DNA of 64,000 bases from an uncultured Desulfobacter sp. (GCA_963665095.1 OY762069.1:5536001-5600000); one strand, 5' to 3'. Shown: positions 1 to 12,149, numbered from the stretch's first letter. Numbers and translations: made by a program. The notes: a model not told the origin generated them from the sequence alone.

Positions 1-1
1 G

Positions 2-1450
2 GCAAAAAACGAGTTCCTTGCCAATGTCAGCCATGAAATCCGGACTCCTCTGAATGCCATACTGGGATTCAGCGAACTTTTATCAACAATGATCACTGAC
101 GACCCGCAGTCCGGATACCTTGCCGCCATTAACACGGCAGGAAAAAACCTGTCCGATCTGATTAATAACATTCTGGACCTGTCCAAGATGGAAGCAGGCA
201 AAGTGAAGCTTAACCTGGCTCCGGTGGCTCTGGAGGCTTTGTTTAAAGAAATTTACCGGCTCTTCAAAGTAAAACTGCTGGATAAAAATTTGGATTTTAC
301 CATAGAGATGCCTGAAAGTGGCATCGGTGCACTGGCCCTGGATGAAATGCGGCTTCGCCAGGTGATCACCAACCTGGTGGGCAATGCCCTGAAGTTCACC
401 GAGAACGGCACCATCACACTGAAAGCCCTTATAACCAGGGCCGCTGAAAGTCCGGATAAATTTGCCGATCTTACCATTCAAGTAACAGACACCGGCATCG
501 GTATCAGCCAGACAAAGCAGGAAATCATTTTTGAGGCATTTGAACAGGGCTTTTCCGGAACCAGTCGAAAATTTGGCGGCACCGGTTTGGGACTTGCCAT
601 CTGCAGGCAGCTCACAACCCTGATGGGCGGGCAGCTTTCCGTGTCAAGCAGGCCTGGGGAAGGCAGTGTATTCACCATCTTCCTGCCGGGTGTGGCAGTT
701 TACCAGAGCCGTCTTCCGGAACCGGTCAACCCCAAACATAGCCTGAACCGCATACATTTTTCCAAACAGTGCATTCTTGTGGTGGATGATCAGCGGGATA
801 TCCGGTTTATGCTCAAAGAAATTTTAGAAAAAATAAATCTGGTGGTAATTGAGGCGGAAAATGGCAGTCAGGCAGTTGAAAGTGCTAAAACCATGATGCC
901 TGCTTTGATTCTTATGGATTTAAAGATGCCCGGTGTTGATGGTTTGCATGCTGTCTCTATTTTGAAAAAAGATCCGGCTGTCTCGCATATTCCTGTCTGC
1001 CTGATGACCGCCGGTATGACCTTATGGGCAGAAGAAGAGCTGACCGCCCACGGATTTGCCAGTGCCATTATCAAGCCCATTGTCATTGACAGTCTTATCA
1101 AAATATTAACCCGGTTTATCAATCCCGCACCGGTAACACCTCCCTGCCAGCCCTCACTTCTCTGCCGGCTGGACAGTTTGGAGATCGACTGCCTGCCTGA
1201 CGGGTTGCCCGACACGCTGCGCAATGAAATTCTGCCCCATGTGCCAGACCTTGAAGATGCGGTTAAAATGTCTGATGTTCAGCGGTTTGCCGCCAGGGTT
1301 TCAGAAACAGGCAAAGCCTTTGACATTGACGTGTTAACTTCATTTGGAAAAGAGCTTTTACAACAGTCACAGGCGTTTGACATAGAAAAAATTGAGTCAA
1401 GCCTGATCTGTTTTACTGAAACTGCTAAACGGCTGTCCAAAAGATCTTAG
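2..1450 (+). CDS. Hybrid sensor histidine kinase/response regulator, 5'-truncated by the window
   Basis: The frame from nt 2 reads AKNEFLANVSHEIRTPLNAI (H-box). It also has the N-box NLVGNALKFT, G-boxes DTGIGI and GTGLGLAI, and a receiver domain (VVDD...LMDLKMP...KP). Confidence 0.95.
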   Translation, partial: AKNEFLANVSHEIRTPLNAILGFSELLSTMITDDPQSGYLAAINTAGKNLSDLINNILDLSKMEAGKVKLNLAPVALEALFKEIYRLFKVKLLDKNLDFTIEMPESGIGALALDEMRLRQVITNLVGNALKFTENGTITLKALITRAAESPDKFADLTIQVTDTGIGISQTKQEIIFEAFEQGFSGTSRKFGGTGLGLAICRQLTTLMGGQLSVSSRPGEGSVFTIFLPGVAVYQSRLPEPVNPKHSLNRIHFSKQCILVVDDQRDIRFMLKEILEKINLVVIEAENGSQAVESAKTMMPALILMDLKMPGVDGLHAVSILKKDPAVSHIPVCLMTAGMTLWAEEELTAHGFASAIIKPIVIDSLIKILTRFINPAPVTPPCQPSLLCRLDSLEIDCLPDGLPDTLRNEILPHVPDLEDAVKMSDVQRFAARVSETGKAFDIDVLTSFGKELLQQSQAFDIEKIESSLICFTETAKRLSKRS

Positions 1451-1465
1451 CCCGGAATTTGTATC

Positions 1466-1645
1466 CGGCTGGCAGCCAATGAGTTAATCCAGAACGAGTC
1501 TGACCTGGCCAACCAGGAACTTTCCTATGAAAGTACCCTGAACAGCCTGGACAGCTACCGGATAGCCCTGCTCAAGGTCTTGAATCTGGTTTCTGGCCAC
1601 CACCACAGACACCTGGAAAATTGATTACAACGAGGAAAACGACCA

Positions 1646-1660
<15 letters not shown>
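1466..1660 (+). pseudogene. Fragments of a probable TolC-family outer-membrane efflux protein
   Basis: No start codon. Reads RLAANELIQNESDLANQELSYESTLNSLDSYRIALLKVLNL, then switches frame to FLATTTDTWKIDY. The helical pattern is TolC-like and it lies directly upstream of adaptor and ABC genes. Confidence 0.5.
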
Positions 1661-3818
<2,158 letters not shown>

Positions 3819-3905
3819 CAAACGCTGGCACGGTCACGGCCAGGTTGCATCTGTTAAGGCGGCAGGTCCGGAGGAAACAGATAATCAGGATAAGAATGGT
3901 CCTAA

Positions 3906-5432
3906 TTAATCACGGTCTGACCCCATTGCCTTTATAATGGCCTGGACATCCACATGTTTTTCAAAATGGCGGGCCAGCATGTCATACTGTTTGTTCCTGG
4001 CCTGAAGGCCGCACTCATCCGGGACTTCCAAATTTCCTAATCCCAAAAGGCCCAGCCATTTTTTCAGGATGGGGGCGGCATCGAACAGCCCGTGCATGTA
4101 AGTGCCCATGATGCGGCCGGAGCATGCCATGGCCCCGTCAAAATCATTGCAGGGGGTCTGGTTTCTCTCTTTTACGTTTAGAAGTCCGTTGCTGGGCGCG
4201 TTTCCGTGTGCAATCTGGTCAGCGGAACCTGTTTGTCCCATGTGAATTTCATAGCCAAGGCCGGGGGTGCCGTCCCATTCAAACCTGGAGACGGTGGTGG
4301 TCTTGGGGGCTTTAAGCACTGTTTCAAGGGGCAGCAGATCTAAACCGTCTGTGGCACCGGGGGCGCCTTCAAGGCCGTGGGGGTCATGTACTTTGGTGCC
4401 CAGCATCTGGTAGCCGCCGCACACTCCTAACACATGGCCGCCGTTTTCAGCATAGGCTTTGATTTTTGCGGTCCAGCCGGTTTTTGCAAGCCAGTTAAGG
4501 TCACTGCAGGTACTCTTGGAACCGGGCAGGATCACGGCTTTGTAAGCAGACAGATCTAAAGGATGCGCCACAAAATTAACACTTAGGCCCTCCACCTGGA
4601 ACAGCGGGTCAAAATCGGTGAAATTGGAGATGTGTGGCGTTCTTACCACAAGTACTGTGGGGGTTTGGGACGGATCTGTTTTGGCAAGGGAGTGTTCAAT
4701 CACCACAGAATCTTCGTTGGGGATGTGGTGCTTTACCCAGGGCAGTACGCCAAATACGGGCTTGCCGGTCTTTTTTTCAATCCACGCCACGCCCTCTTTA
4801 AACAGGGCGATATCGCCCCTGAACCGGTTGATGATAACGCCTGCAATCTGTGCCTGTTCCGCCTTGTTCAGGCATTCAAGTGTGCCTACGATCTGGGCGA
4901 ACACCCCGCCCCGGTCAATGTCTGCGGTGAGGAGCACCGGTGCATGGGCATAATCGGCCATCTTGAGATTGACAATGTCCTTGGACATCAGATTGACTTC
5001 GGCGCAGGAGCCCGCCCCCTCCAGCACCACCACATCGTTGGCCGCGCGCAGCCGGTCCAGGGCATTGCAGGCCGTATCCCACAAGCGTTCCTTTTCCTGG
5101 TGGTACTCCACGGCGGACAGGTCCTTATGCACCTTTCCCAGCAGCACCACCTGGGAGCCGATCTGGGTGACGGGCTTGAGCAGCACCGGGTTCATGTCCA
5201 CATGGGGGGCAATGCGGGCTGCCTCGGCTTGAACAATTTGGGCCCGGCCCATTTCAAGGCCTTCCGGGGTGACGCCTGAGTTGTTGGACATATTCTGGGC
5301 TTTGTAGGGGGCCACCTTTTTCCCTGCATCGGAAAAAATCCGGCAAAGCGCTGTTGCCACCATACTTTTTCCTACATCGGAACCCGTACCAAATGCTGCG
5401 ATACACTTTGCTTTCGTTTTTTCAGAACTCAT
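3906..5432 (-). CDS. cobQ: Cobyric acid synthase CbiP/CobQ
   Basis: Motifs GTGSDVGKS, PYKAQNMSNNS, EGAGSCAEVNL, ISNFTDFDPL, GVCGGYQMLG, GYEIHMG, GTYMHGLF. Confidence 0.97.
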   Translation of the reverse strand: MSSEKTKAKCIAAFGTGSDVGKSMVATALCRIFSDAGKKVAPYKAQNMSNNSGVTPEGLEMGRAQIVQAEAARIAPHVDMNPVLLKPVTQIGSQVVLLGKVHKDLSAVEYHQEKERLWDTACNALDRLRAANDVVVLEGAGSCAEVNLMSKDIVNLKMADYAHAPVLLTADIDRGGVFAQIVGTLECLNKAEQAQIAGVIINRFRGDIALFKEGVAWIEKKTGKPVFGVLPWVKHHIPNEDSVVIEHSLAKTDPSQTPTVLVVRTPHISNFTDFDPLFQVEGLSVNFVAHPLDLSAYKAVILPGSKSTCSDLNWLAKTGWTAKIKAYAENGGHVLGVCGGYQMLGTKVHDPHGLEGAPGATDGLDLLPLETVLKAPKTTTVSRFEWDGTPGLGYEIHMGQTGSADQIAHGNAPSNGLLNVKERNQTPCNDFDGAMACSGRIMGTYMHGLFDAAPILKKWLGLLGLGNLEVPDECGLQARNKQYDMLARHFEKHVDVQAIIKAMGSDRD

Positions 5433-6283
5433 ATCTCATACTTTTTGCTGTAACCCCTCGGGGTGATCATCAGATCATTGTAAATAAAGGTGGCGCTGTT
5501 TCCCACAATCACGATGCTCTGCATGCCGACCTCGGCCTTGTCCAGGTCCTGGAGGGCACACAGGGCCACTTTCTGGTTTTCCCGCATGGCACCGGTGACA
5601 ATGCCCACAGGGGTGGTGCCCGCCCGGTGTTTAAGGATAATCTCCATGGCCCGGTTAAGCTGCCAGTCACGCTTCTTGCTCTTGGGGTTATAGATATTGA
5701 TGACGAAATCCGCAGAGGCAGCGGCTTCCAGCCGTTTTTCAATGATCTCCCAGGGGGTGAGCAGGTCACTTAAGGAGACCGCGCAAAAATCATGGGTCAA
5801 AGGTGCCCCTAAAAGTGCTGCCCCGGCTGCCAGCGCCGGAATCCCGGGCACCACCTCAACACAAAGACTGCCCTTTTCGCCGGTGTTGCAGGAAATTTCC
5901 TTTATCGCCAGCATCTCTAAAACCAGCCCTGCCATGGCGTAAATTCCTGCATCCCCGCCGGAAACCAGGGCACAGGACTTGCCCTCAAGGGCCGTATCAA
6001 TGGCTGCCTGGACACGGTCCACCTCCTTGGTCATGCCGGTGGCCAGTGTCTCTTTGCCCTTGATCACATCTTCAATCAGTTCCAGATAGGTCTTGTATCC
6101 CACCACGATCTCGGCAGCCTCCAGGACCTTTCGCGCCCGGCCCGACATATGGTCGGAGTTCCCCGGGCCTGTGCCGACTATGTAAAGGGTATTGCCGCAA
6201 TGGCAAGAGTTACTGTTCTGCTGGCTGTTTTCGGTGTTAACAGAGTCGTCTGGCCCGTTGCCAGTATGGCTGCTGCTTCGCAT
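5429..6283 (-). CDS. cbiH: Cobalt-precorrin-3B C17-methyltransferase CbiH/CobJ
   Basis: Motifs LYIVGTGPG, IVVGYKTY, VSGGDAGIYAMAG, GAPLTHDFCAVSLSDLLTPW, MITPRGY. The start is uncertain because the ATG lies 106 nt inside cbiG. Confidence 0.93.
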   Translation of the reverse strand: MRSSSHTGNGPDDSVNTENSQQNSNSCHCGNTLYIVGTGPGNSDHMSGRARKVLEAAEIVVGYKTYLELIEDVIKGKETLATGMTKEVDRVQAAIDTALEGKSCALVSGGDAGIYAMAGLVLEMLAIKEISCNTGEKGSLCVEVVPGIPALAAGAALLGAPLTHDFCAVSLSDLLTPWEIIEKRLEAAASADFVINIYNPKSKKRDWQLNRAMEIILKHRAGTTPVGIVTGAMRENQKVALCALQDLDKAEVGMQSIVIVGNSATFIYNDLMITPRGYSKKYEI

Positions 6284-7233
6284 ACGCTGTCCACTCCTAT
6301 ATGTTTATTGACCCGGGAAGAGGGATTGGGCACGTTCTTCACCTGGTCCAGTTGATCTCTTGTATAAAATTCAATGGGTACATGTAACGTCCGGGCAAGT
6401 TCCAGCAGGCCCGGTTCATCCGCCTTAAGGTCCACGGATACGATTTTGGCAAGGCTGTTAAGGGAAAATCCCTGGGCGTGAAAAACCTGTCGTAAATGAT
6501 TTTCAAGGTCCTTTCGGGAAACGCCCCGCCGGCAGCCCATGCCTGCCACCAGCATTTTGGGCCGCAGCACCAGGACCTTTTTCGGCAGATCACATACTTT
6601 GTAGTCCACCCAGACCCCTGTTTTTTCATGAGTAAAGCCGGAAGGATCTTCAACCAGCGCTTCCGGCAGCAGAGGCGTGACCCGCCCGAATGGGTCATGA
6701 ACAGGCACCGGCTCCTTATTGATAAAAGCCATGCTTACATGTTTGATGGCTGCTTTATTCTCAATAAAAAGATTCAAGTCCCTGGCAATCACATCAATGC
6801 CCGGCACCTGGTTGACGTCTGTGGCCGTGGTGATCACCGGCCGGGCTTCCAGTATTTCGGAAAGGACTGCCGCAAGCTCATTGGCCCCGCCGATATGGCC
6901 GGAAACCAGGCTGATAACAAAATTGCCACCCTCGTCCCCGCACACCACGGCCGGATCTTTTGTTTTATCCTGAAGCAGAGGCGCAATGGTCCGCACCACA
7001 ATGCCCGTGGCCATGACGAAATAGTGGGCATCGTAATGATCCCAGACCGGTGCAAGCGCCTTGGCCAGGGAGGAAAAACGGGTGCAGGTATCCGGGCAGG
7101 CATCATCGGGCAAAAGCTTAACTGAAGCAAACAGGTCTGCCTTGGGCAGAGCCTGTTTCACCTGATTGGCCAACCCCATCCCCCTGGGGGTCATCGCCCA
7201 CACCGCAACTTTTTTATCGGCCCAGTCGATCAC
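6178..7233 (-). CDS. cbiG: Cobalt-precorrin-5A hydrolase CbiG
   Basis: Motifs MATGIVVRTIAP, KTKDPAVV, SLVSGHIGGANELA, PVITTATD, GMGCRRG, SVCEAAA. Confidence 0.95.
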   Translation of the reverse strand: MIDWADKKVAVWAMTPRGMGLANQVKQALPKADLFASVKLLPDDACPDTCTRFSSLAKALAPVWDHYDAHYFVMATGIVVRTIAPLLQDKTKDPAVVCGDEGGNFVISLVSGHIGGANELAAVLSEILEARPVITTATDVNQVPGIDVIARDLNLFIENKAAIKHVSMAFINKEPVPVHDPFGRVTPLLPEALVEDPSGFTHEKTGVWVDYKVCDLPKKVLVLRPKMLVAGMGCRRGVSRKDLENHLRQVFHAQGFSLNSLAKIVSVDLKADEPGLLELARTLHVPIEFYTRDQLDQVKNVPNPSSRVNKHIGVDSVCEAAAILATGQTTLLTPKTASRTVTLAIAAIPFT

Positions 7234-7994
7234 GCCTTGTCCCGGTATCCATGGGCAAAGGCCCGGTCATAAAGAAGGGATTTCACATCCTTTTCCGTTT
7301 CCAGAAAAGGCCCTATAATAATAAGTGCCAGCCGGTTGATTCCGTTCTCTGCCATGGTTTCGGCCAGCCGGTCCACAATGGTGATAATAATGCGCTCTTC
7401 GGGATGGCTCACCCGGTAGGCCACAGCCACCGGGGCTTCAGGCCCGTAGGTGGCGGCCAGGATTTTTTCCACCTCTTCAGCCATGCCGGAGCTTAAGTAA
7501 ATGGCCATGGAGGCTTTATGGGCGGCCAGACTTTCCAAGGATTCCTTTTCCGGTACCGGAGTCCGGCCTGCAATACGGGTGAAGATCAGGGTCTGGGATT
7601 TTTCCGGCACCGTGTACTCGGTCTTGAGTGCCGCAGCGGCAGCAAAGGCAGCCGTGACCCCGGGGATCACCTCATAGGGAACCTCCTGCTGGTCCAGCAG
7701 CACCATCTGCTCGGCAATGGCCCCGTACAAAGCAGGATCGCCTGTGTGCAGCCGCACCACCTTAAGCCCCTTTTCATAGGCGTCAACCATGCTCTCCACC
7801 ATCTCGTCAAGATGCATGCCGGCGCTGGATTCTTTTCTGGCCTTTTCTCCGGCCCAGGTCAGCACGGCCTCGGGCACCAGGGACCCGGCATAGAGGATAT
7901 AGTCTGCCGCTTCCAGGGCTTTCATGCCCCTGACCGTGATCAGGTCAGGTGCTCCCGGCCCTGCACCGGCAAATATTATGGGATGTTTTTTCAT
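7230..7994 (-). CDS. cbiF: Cobalt-precorrin-4 C11-methyltransferase CbiF/CobM
   Basis: Motifs GAGPGAPDLITVRG, YAGSLV, VVRLHTGDPALYGAIAEQM, SQTLIFTR. Confidence 0.95.
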   Translation of the reverse strand: MKKHPIIFAGAGPGAPDLITVRGMKALEAADYILYAGSLVPEAVLTWAGEKARKESSAGMHLDEMVESMVDAYEKGLKVVRLHTGDPALYGAIAEQMVLLDQQEVPYEVIPGVTAAFAAAAALKTEYTVPEKSQTLIFTRIAGRTPVPEKESLESLAAHKASMAIYLSSGMAEEVEKILAATYGPEAPVAVAYRVSHPEERIIITIVDRLAETMAENGINRLALIIIGPFLETEKDVKSLLYDRAFAHGYRDKA

Positions 7995-7995
7995 G

Positions 7996-9243
7996 TTACC
8001 TTCCTTTTTCTGCAGAGATAATCCACACGGGGTTCAGCGCTTCCATGCGCCGTCCCCAGGGCATGTTCCGGGACTGGCTGATCTGGGCCTGGGTTAAACT
8101 CACATCAAAGCCCTTCTCCTCCAGCACTGTTACAGCCAGGTGCAGGGTCTCCATCAAAACGGTATTTACAACGATTCTGCCGTTGGGCTTCAAGACCTTT
8201 GCCACAGTATCCAGCACCTGATCCAGAGTTTTGCCGGAACCACCGATGAAAACCCGGTCAGGTGCCGGCAGCCCCTCTAACCCGTCAGGCAGTTCCGCCA
8301 GCATGACAGACAGATTTTTTACCTTGAACCGCGCCACATTGGCCCGGATCTGGGCGGCACGGTTCTCATTTTTTTCCACGGCATGGACAGCACCCTCGGG
8401 CAGAAACAAGGTGGCTTCAATGCCCACAGACCCGGAACCTGCCCCCAGATCCCATAGGATATGGTCCGGTGCCAGCTCCAGGGCGGAAAGGGTCAGCGTC
8501 CGCACCGGGGCCTTGGTGATCATGCCCTTTTCATGGACAAACCAGTGATCCGGAGTGCCCGGCCGTAACGGACCGCCAGGGGCTGCAAGGTCTCCTTTTT
8601 TCAGCACCACCACATTGGGCTGGGCAAAGGTGCGGTACAGGAGAGCCTCTTCCCCGTGCCCCGATTCATCCAGGCGCACAATCTCTTCTTTCTCATCCCC
8701 CAGGTTCTGCAGCACCCACATCTGCCAGGCATAGTCATGTCCGGCCACCTGTTTTTGAATGGCCCATGGGTCATTCTTAGGATCTGTCAACACACACAAG
8801 AGATCCTTTTCATCCATGGCCTTTGCCAGGGCTGACATGTTGTCCCGGCCGTGCAGGCTCACCCAGGCCGCATCCTGCCAGGGCAATCTGAGACGGGCAA
8901 AGGCCGCTGCCATGCTGGTGACATTGGGGTGGATGACAACCCTGTCTGTACCCAGGCGGTTGATCAGGGTTTTGCCTATGCCGAAAAAGAGTGGATCTCC
9001 CGAGGCCAGCACCACCACCAGCCCGTCTGTCATATGCTGATCAATCATATGCTGGTCTATGAAATCAAGCACCTCTGATATGGGGCTTGAGATCTCTTTT
9101 TTCACGGCGGTGACATCTTCAAAATAGGAAAGATGCCGCTTTCCCCCCACCAGTACGGTGGCCTTTTCAATAAGATCCAGGTGGGATCCGGTCAGATCCG
9201 CAGGACTTAGCCCCATGCCGATTACATGAACCCGTTCGCTCAT
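7996..9243 (-). CDS. cbiET: Bifunctional CbiE/CbiT (CobL) methyltransferase/decarboxylase
   Basis: N-terminal LVGGKRHL, VLASGDPLFFGIG and SLHGR; C-terminal GMITK, LWDLGAGSGSVGIE, PDRVFIGGS and ALNPVWI. Confidence 0.95.
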   Translation of the reverse strand: MSERVHVIGMGLSPADLTGSHLDLIEKATVLVGGKRHLSYFEDVTAVKKEISSPISEVLDFIDQHMIDQHMTDGLVVVLASGDPLFFGIGKTLINRLGTDRVVIHPNVTSMAAAFARLRLPWQDAAWVSLHGRDNMSALAKAMDEKDLLCVLTDPKNDPWAIQKQVAGHDYAWQMWVLQNLGDEKEEIVRLDESGHGEEALLYRTFAQPNVVVLKKGDLAAPGGPLRPGTPDHWFVHEKGMITKAPVRTLTLSALELAPDHILWDLGAGSGSVGIEATLFLPEGAVHAVEKNENRAAQIRANVARFKVKNLSVMLAELPDGLEGLPAPDRVFIGGSGKTLDQVLDTVAKVLKPNGRIVVNTVLMETLHLAVTVLEEKGFDVSLTQAQISQSRNMPWGRRMEALNPVWIISAEKGR

Positions 9244-10358
9244 GATTGTTTCTCCTCCTTCAGGGAATCAAAGGCAACGGCCCCTTCGAAATCATAAATC
9301 ACGGCCCTGAACCGACACGGTGCCGGACAAAATTTTACAGCCGATTGGATCATGGCCGCACCTACCTTTTCCAGCACTGCGGGGTAATCGGGCCAGACCA
9401 TCCCGAATGCGTGCCGGGCCGTATTGGCTTCTGATACTTCCTGTGCCAGGTCGGTATTCCCCGTCACCGCTTTGACCACATCCGCCAGCCACTCCATGGT
9501 GAGATCCGATTTAGCCGCATGGGTGTGGACAAATCCTTGTGCCATTTTCAGGGCTTTGCCGAAAAACACCGCCAGGGTGGCATTGGGAATCTGGTTTTGG
9601 GCCAGGCTTTTCATGGACATGCCGAAAAAATCTCCAATCTGGATAAACGCCTCTTCGTGCAGGTCTGTGAAAAACCCCTGGGAAAACCGCTCGGTGCGCC
9701 GTCCTGTGGTCAATACCACCTGGTCGCATCCGCACGCCTTTGCCACGGACATGGCCGACCGGATGGTGGCGATATATGCCTCATGGGACAACGGTTTCAC
9801 AAGCCCTGTGGTGCCCAGAATGGACAGGCCCTCTTCAATACCCAGCCTTGGGTTCAGGGTTTTTTTAGCCAGCTCTTCCCCATCTTCCACAAAAATTTGG
9901 GCGCTCACCCCGGCACTGCTTTTATAATGGTTCAGAATCTTTCGGGCGGCGGCCGTAATCATCTGCCGGGGGCCAAGGTTGATGGCAGGTTCCCCCGGCG
10001 GAATTTCCAGACCGGGCTTGGTCACGACCCCAACACCCTTACCCCGGGTGATCTGAACAACGCCTGGGTCATCTGTCAGGCAGACCAGGGCACCGATCTT
10101 TGCCCGGTGGGTGATATCGGGATCATCTCCGGCATCCTTGACCACCACTGCCCGGACCCGGTCTTTTTCCGGGACAACCGCGTCAATCAGGATATCAAGG
10201 GCCTGACCGTTGAGCAGGTCAATGGAGACAGATGGCGGAACTTCTCTGCCCAGGATATATACCAGGGCCGCCTTGACCGCAGCCGCTGCGGCCGTGCCTG
10301 TGGTAAAGCCTTTACGCAGGCTTTTCCGGTCGTTATGTTGGGTCTTTTTATCCGACAA
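9240..10358 (-). CDS. cbiD: Cobalt-precorrin-5B C1-methyltransferase CbiD
   Basis: Motifs LRKGFTTGTAAAAA, KDAGDDPDITH, TLNPRLGI..GLSILGTTG, THAAKS. Confidence 0.96.
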   Translation of the reverse strand: MSDKKTQHNDRKSLRKGFTTGTAAAAAVKAALVYILGREVPPSVSIDLLNGQALDILIDAVVPEKDRVRAVVVKDAGDDPDITHRAKIGALVCLTDDPGVVQITRGKGVGVVTKPGLEIPPGEPAINLGPRQMITAAARKILNHYKSSAGVSAQIFVEDGEELAKKTLNPRLGIEEGLSILGTTGLVKPLSHEAYIATIRSAMSVAKACGCDQVVLTTGRRTERFSQGFFTDLHEEAFIQIGDFFGMSMKSLAQNQIPNATLAVFFGKALKMAQGFVHTHAAKSDLTMEWLADVVKAVTGNTDLAQEVSEANTARHAFGMVWPDYPAVLEKVGAAMIQSAVKFCPAPCRFRAVIYDFEGAVAFDSLKEEKQS

Positions 10359-11415
10359 ACCAGTACACCACTCCTACCAGAATAATACTTGCCACCCGGA
10401 ACCCCTGGCCCATGAGCAGCATGGAAAGTCCCATCCCCGGTGAAAAAATCCCCATATACCGGGGCAGCTGGTGCCGGATGGCCCGGATGGGAAAGGCAAT
10501 GATGTTGCCCAGAAGAAGCGCAATCACGGTCTGTTTCATGGTGATGGTGCCAGCATCCATAAGCGCCCCTGCCGCAGCAAACCCTGCAGTAAATTCCGAG
10601 GCAAAGCTTAATACCACCACACCTAAACTCTGGGCCGGGACAAAATTCTGTACGGCAAACCGGGTCATAAAATCTTCAATGGCGTCAAAGGCACCGGCTG
10701 CCGTGAGGACGTAGACCACAGTGTACACCGGAATCACAAAGGCCACCACCCTAACAAACCTGGAGGGCAGTTTCTCCTTTAAAGACTGCGTCAGCGGCTT
10801 TTTCCTTTTTAAAGCCCCTTGGGCTCCCTGGGCCCAAAACGCTTCATCCGCTGCAGCCCCCTTTGCCTGAGCATCCACAAAAAAATGGCCGAACAGGGCA
10901 AACAAAAAGGTGCGCAGGCAGGTGGCCAGAAAGGTTAAAAGAAAATAGAACAATCCTGCCGTGCGGGTCAGGGGTACCACAATGAAAAAGGTCATGGGCA
11001 GGTGCAGAAAAAAGGCAGGGAACTGGTTGATAAAGTTGGTCAGAAAGAGCTGTTTGCGTGTAATCTGTTTTTCTTTGTAAAAATCCAGTAGCATGGCATT
11101 TGCCGACACCCCTGAAAAAAAGGCGGCGGTAAACGCGGCAGAACACCGGTGCCCCAGGTTGGCAAACTTGAACATAGGGGCAGCCAGTGCCCCAAGGCTT
11201 CGGGTCCAGCCGGTATCATCAATGACCTGGGCCACCACAAGGCCTGCGCAGACAAAGGCCAGCATCCGCCCTAAGGGAATTAAAAGCCTTGAAGGCAGCT
11301 TTGCCGCGGTCATGCCGTCTACCATAGAAAGGCCGACAGCAAGAACGCCAATCGTGATCAAAAGCCCGGCCGCCAGGGCCGGACCATTAGTCTTCTTTTG
11401 TCTGGATTCCAACAC
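10348..11415 (-). CDS. Multi-pass membrane protein (nucleoside-recognition/gate-like) within the cbi operon
   Basis: Many hydrophobic segments; overlaps both cbiL and cbiD. Function cannot be determined from the sequence. Confidence 0.75.
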   Translation of the reverse strand: MLESRQKKTNGPALAAGLLITIGVLAVGLSMVDGMTAAKLPSRLLIPLGRMLAFVCAGLVVAQVIDDTGWTRSLGALAAPMFKFANLGHRCSAAFTAAFFSGVSANAMLLDFYKEKQITRKQLFLTNFINQFPAFFLHLPMTFFIVVPLTRTAGLFYFLLTFLATCLRTFLFALFGHFFVDAQAKGAAADEAFWAQGAQGALKRKKPLTQSLKEKLPSRFVRVVAFVIPVYTVVYVLTAAGAFDAIEDFMTRFAVQNFVPAQSLGVVVLSFASEFTAGFAAAGALMDAGTITMKQTVIALLLGNIIAFPIRAIRHQLPRYMGIFSPGMGLSMLLMGQGFRVASIILVGVVYWFVG

Positions 11416-12127
11416 AATGTCCGCTTTTTTTAGATATGATCAAGGTCCAGTAATCCGGTTTTTTCTCCTGGAACACATTGACATTACCGATGATCTGCTC
11501 CCCTTCCAGTCCGCATTTTACAATGCCCACACTTTTATCCGCCATGCCCGCTTCATCCAGGGCCTTTGCTATGTCGCCGGCATTTTTATACGCCTTCAGA
11601 AAGACCACGTTATCTGCATGGTCGCTGATCTCCCGGAACTTGTCCCCGCCTGTGACTCCGGACAGCAGCGTCATGGTCTCCTCGCCCTCCACCAGCGGGG
11701 TGTTGATCCGTGCGGCTGCGGCCTGGTAGGAGGTAATGCCGGGAATGGAGTGGATCTCAATGTGCGGGGCCAGTTTCTGGATATGTTTGAGCACATACCC
11801 GTAGGTGGAGTAGGTCATGCAGTCTCCAAGGGTGATGAATGCGGCGTTTTTGCCCTCCTCCAGCACCTTGATGACGGTTCTGGCATTATCCTGCCATGCC
11901 GCTTCCATGGCCTCCATGCTCCGGGTCATGGGAAACGGGATCATCTGGATGGGCACAGACGGTTTTAAATGGGGTTTGGCGATCTCAACCGCCTGACTGT
12001 GAGAATTTTTGGCAGAGGATGCGGCAAACACCACATCCACCCGGCTTAAAATATTAACTGCTTTCAACGTGATGAAATCCGGATCTCCGGGTCCCACACC
12101 AATACCGTACAAAATACCCTGGGTCAT
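11387..12127 (-). CDS. cbiL: Cobalt-precorrin-2 C20-methyltransferase CbiL/CobI
   Basis: Motifs LYGIGVGPGDPDFITLKA, FPMT, AFITLGDCMTYSTY, IPGITS. Confidence 0.95.
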   Translation of the reverse strand: MTQGILYGIGVGPGDPDFITLKAVNILSRVDVVFAASSAKNSHSQAVEIAKPHLKPSVPIQMIPFPMTRSMEAMEAAWQDNARTVIKVLEEGKNAAFITLGDCMTYSTYGYVLKHIQKLAPHIEIHSIPGITSYQAAAARINTPLVEGEETMTLLSGVTGGDKFREISDHADNVVFLKAYKNAGDIAKALDEAGMADKSVGIVKCGLEGEQIIGNVNVFQEKKPDYWTLIISKKSGHCVGIQTKED

Positions 12128-12149
12128 TTTATTTCCTTTCTTTGATGCT

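Noticed and set aside
6178..6200. CCCTTTA as a canonical -1 slippery site between cbiG and cbiH
   Set aside because: In the cbiG frame it reads CCC TTT A, which is the wrong phase for an X XXY YYZ heptamer.
9519..10385. Long antisense ORFs (e.g. 9519-10385, 4632-5279, 14364-15062, 56041-56778)
   Set aside because: They are shadow frames of well-supported genes and show no motifs.
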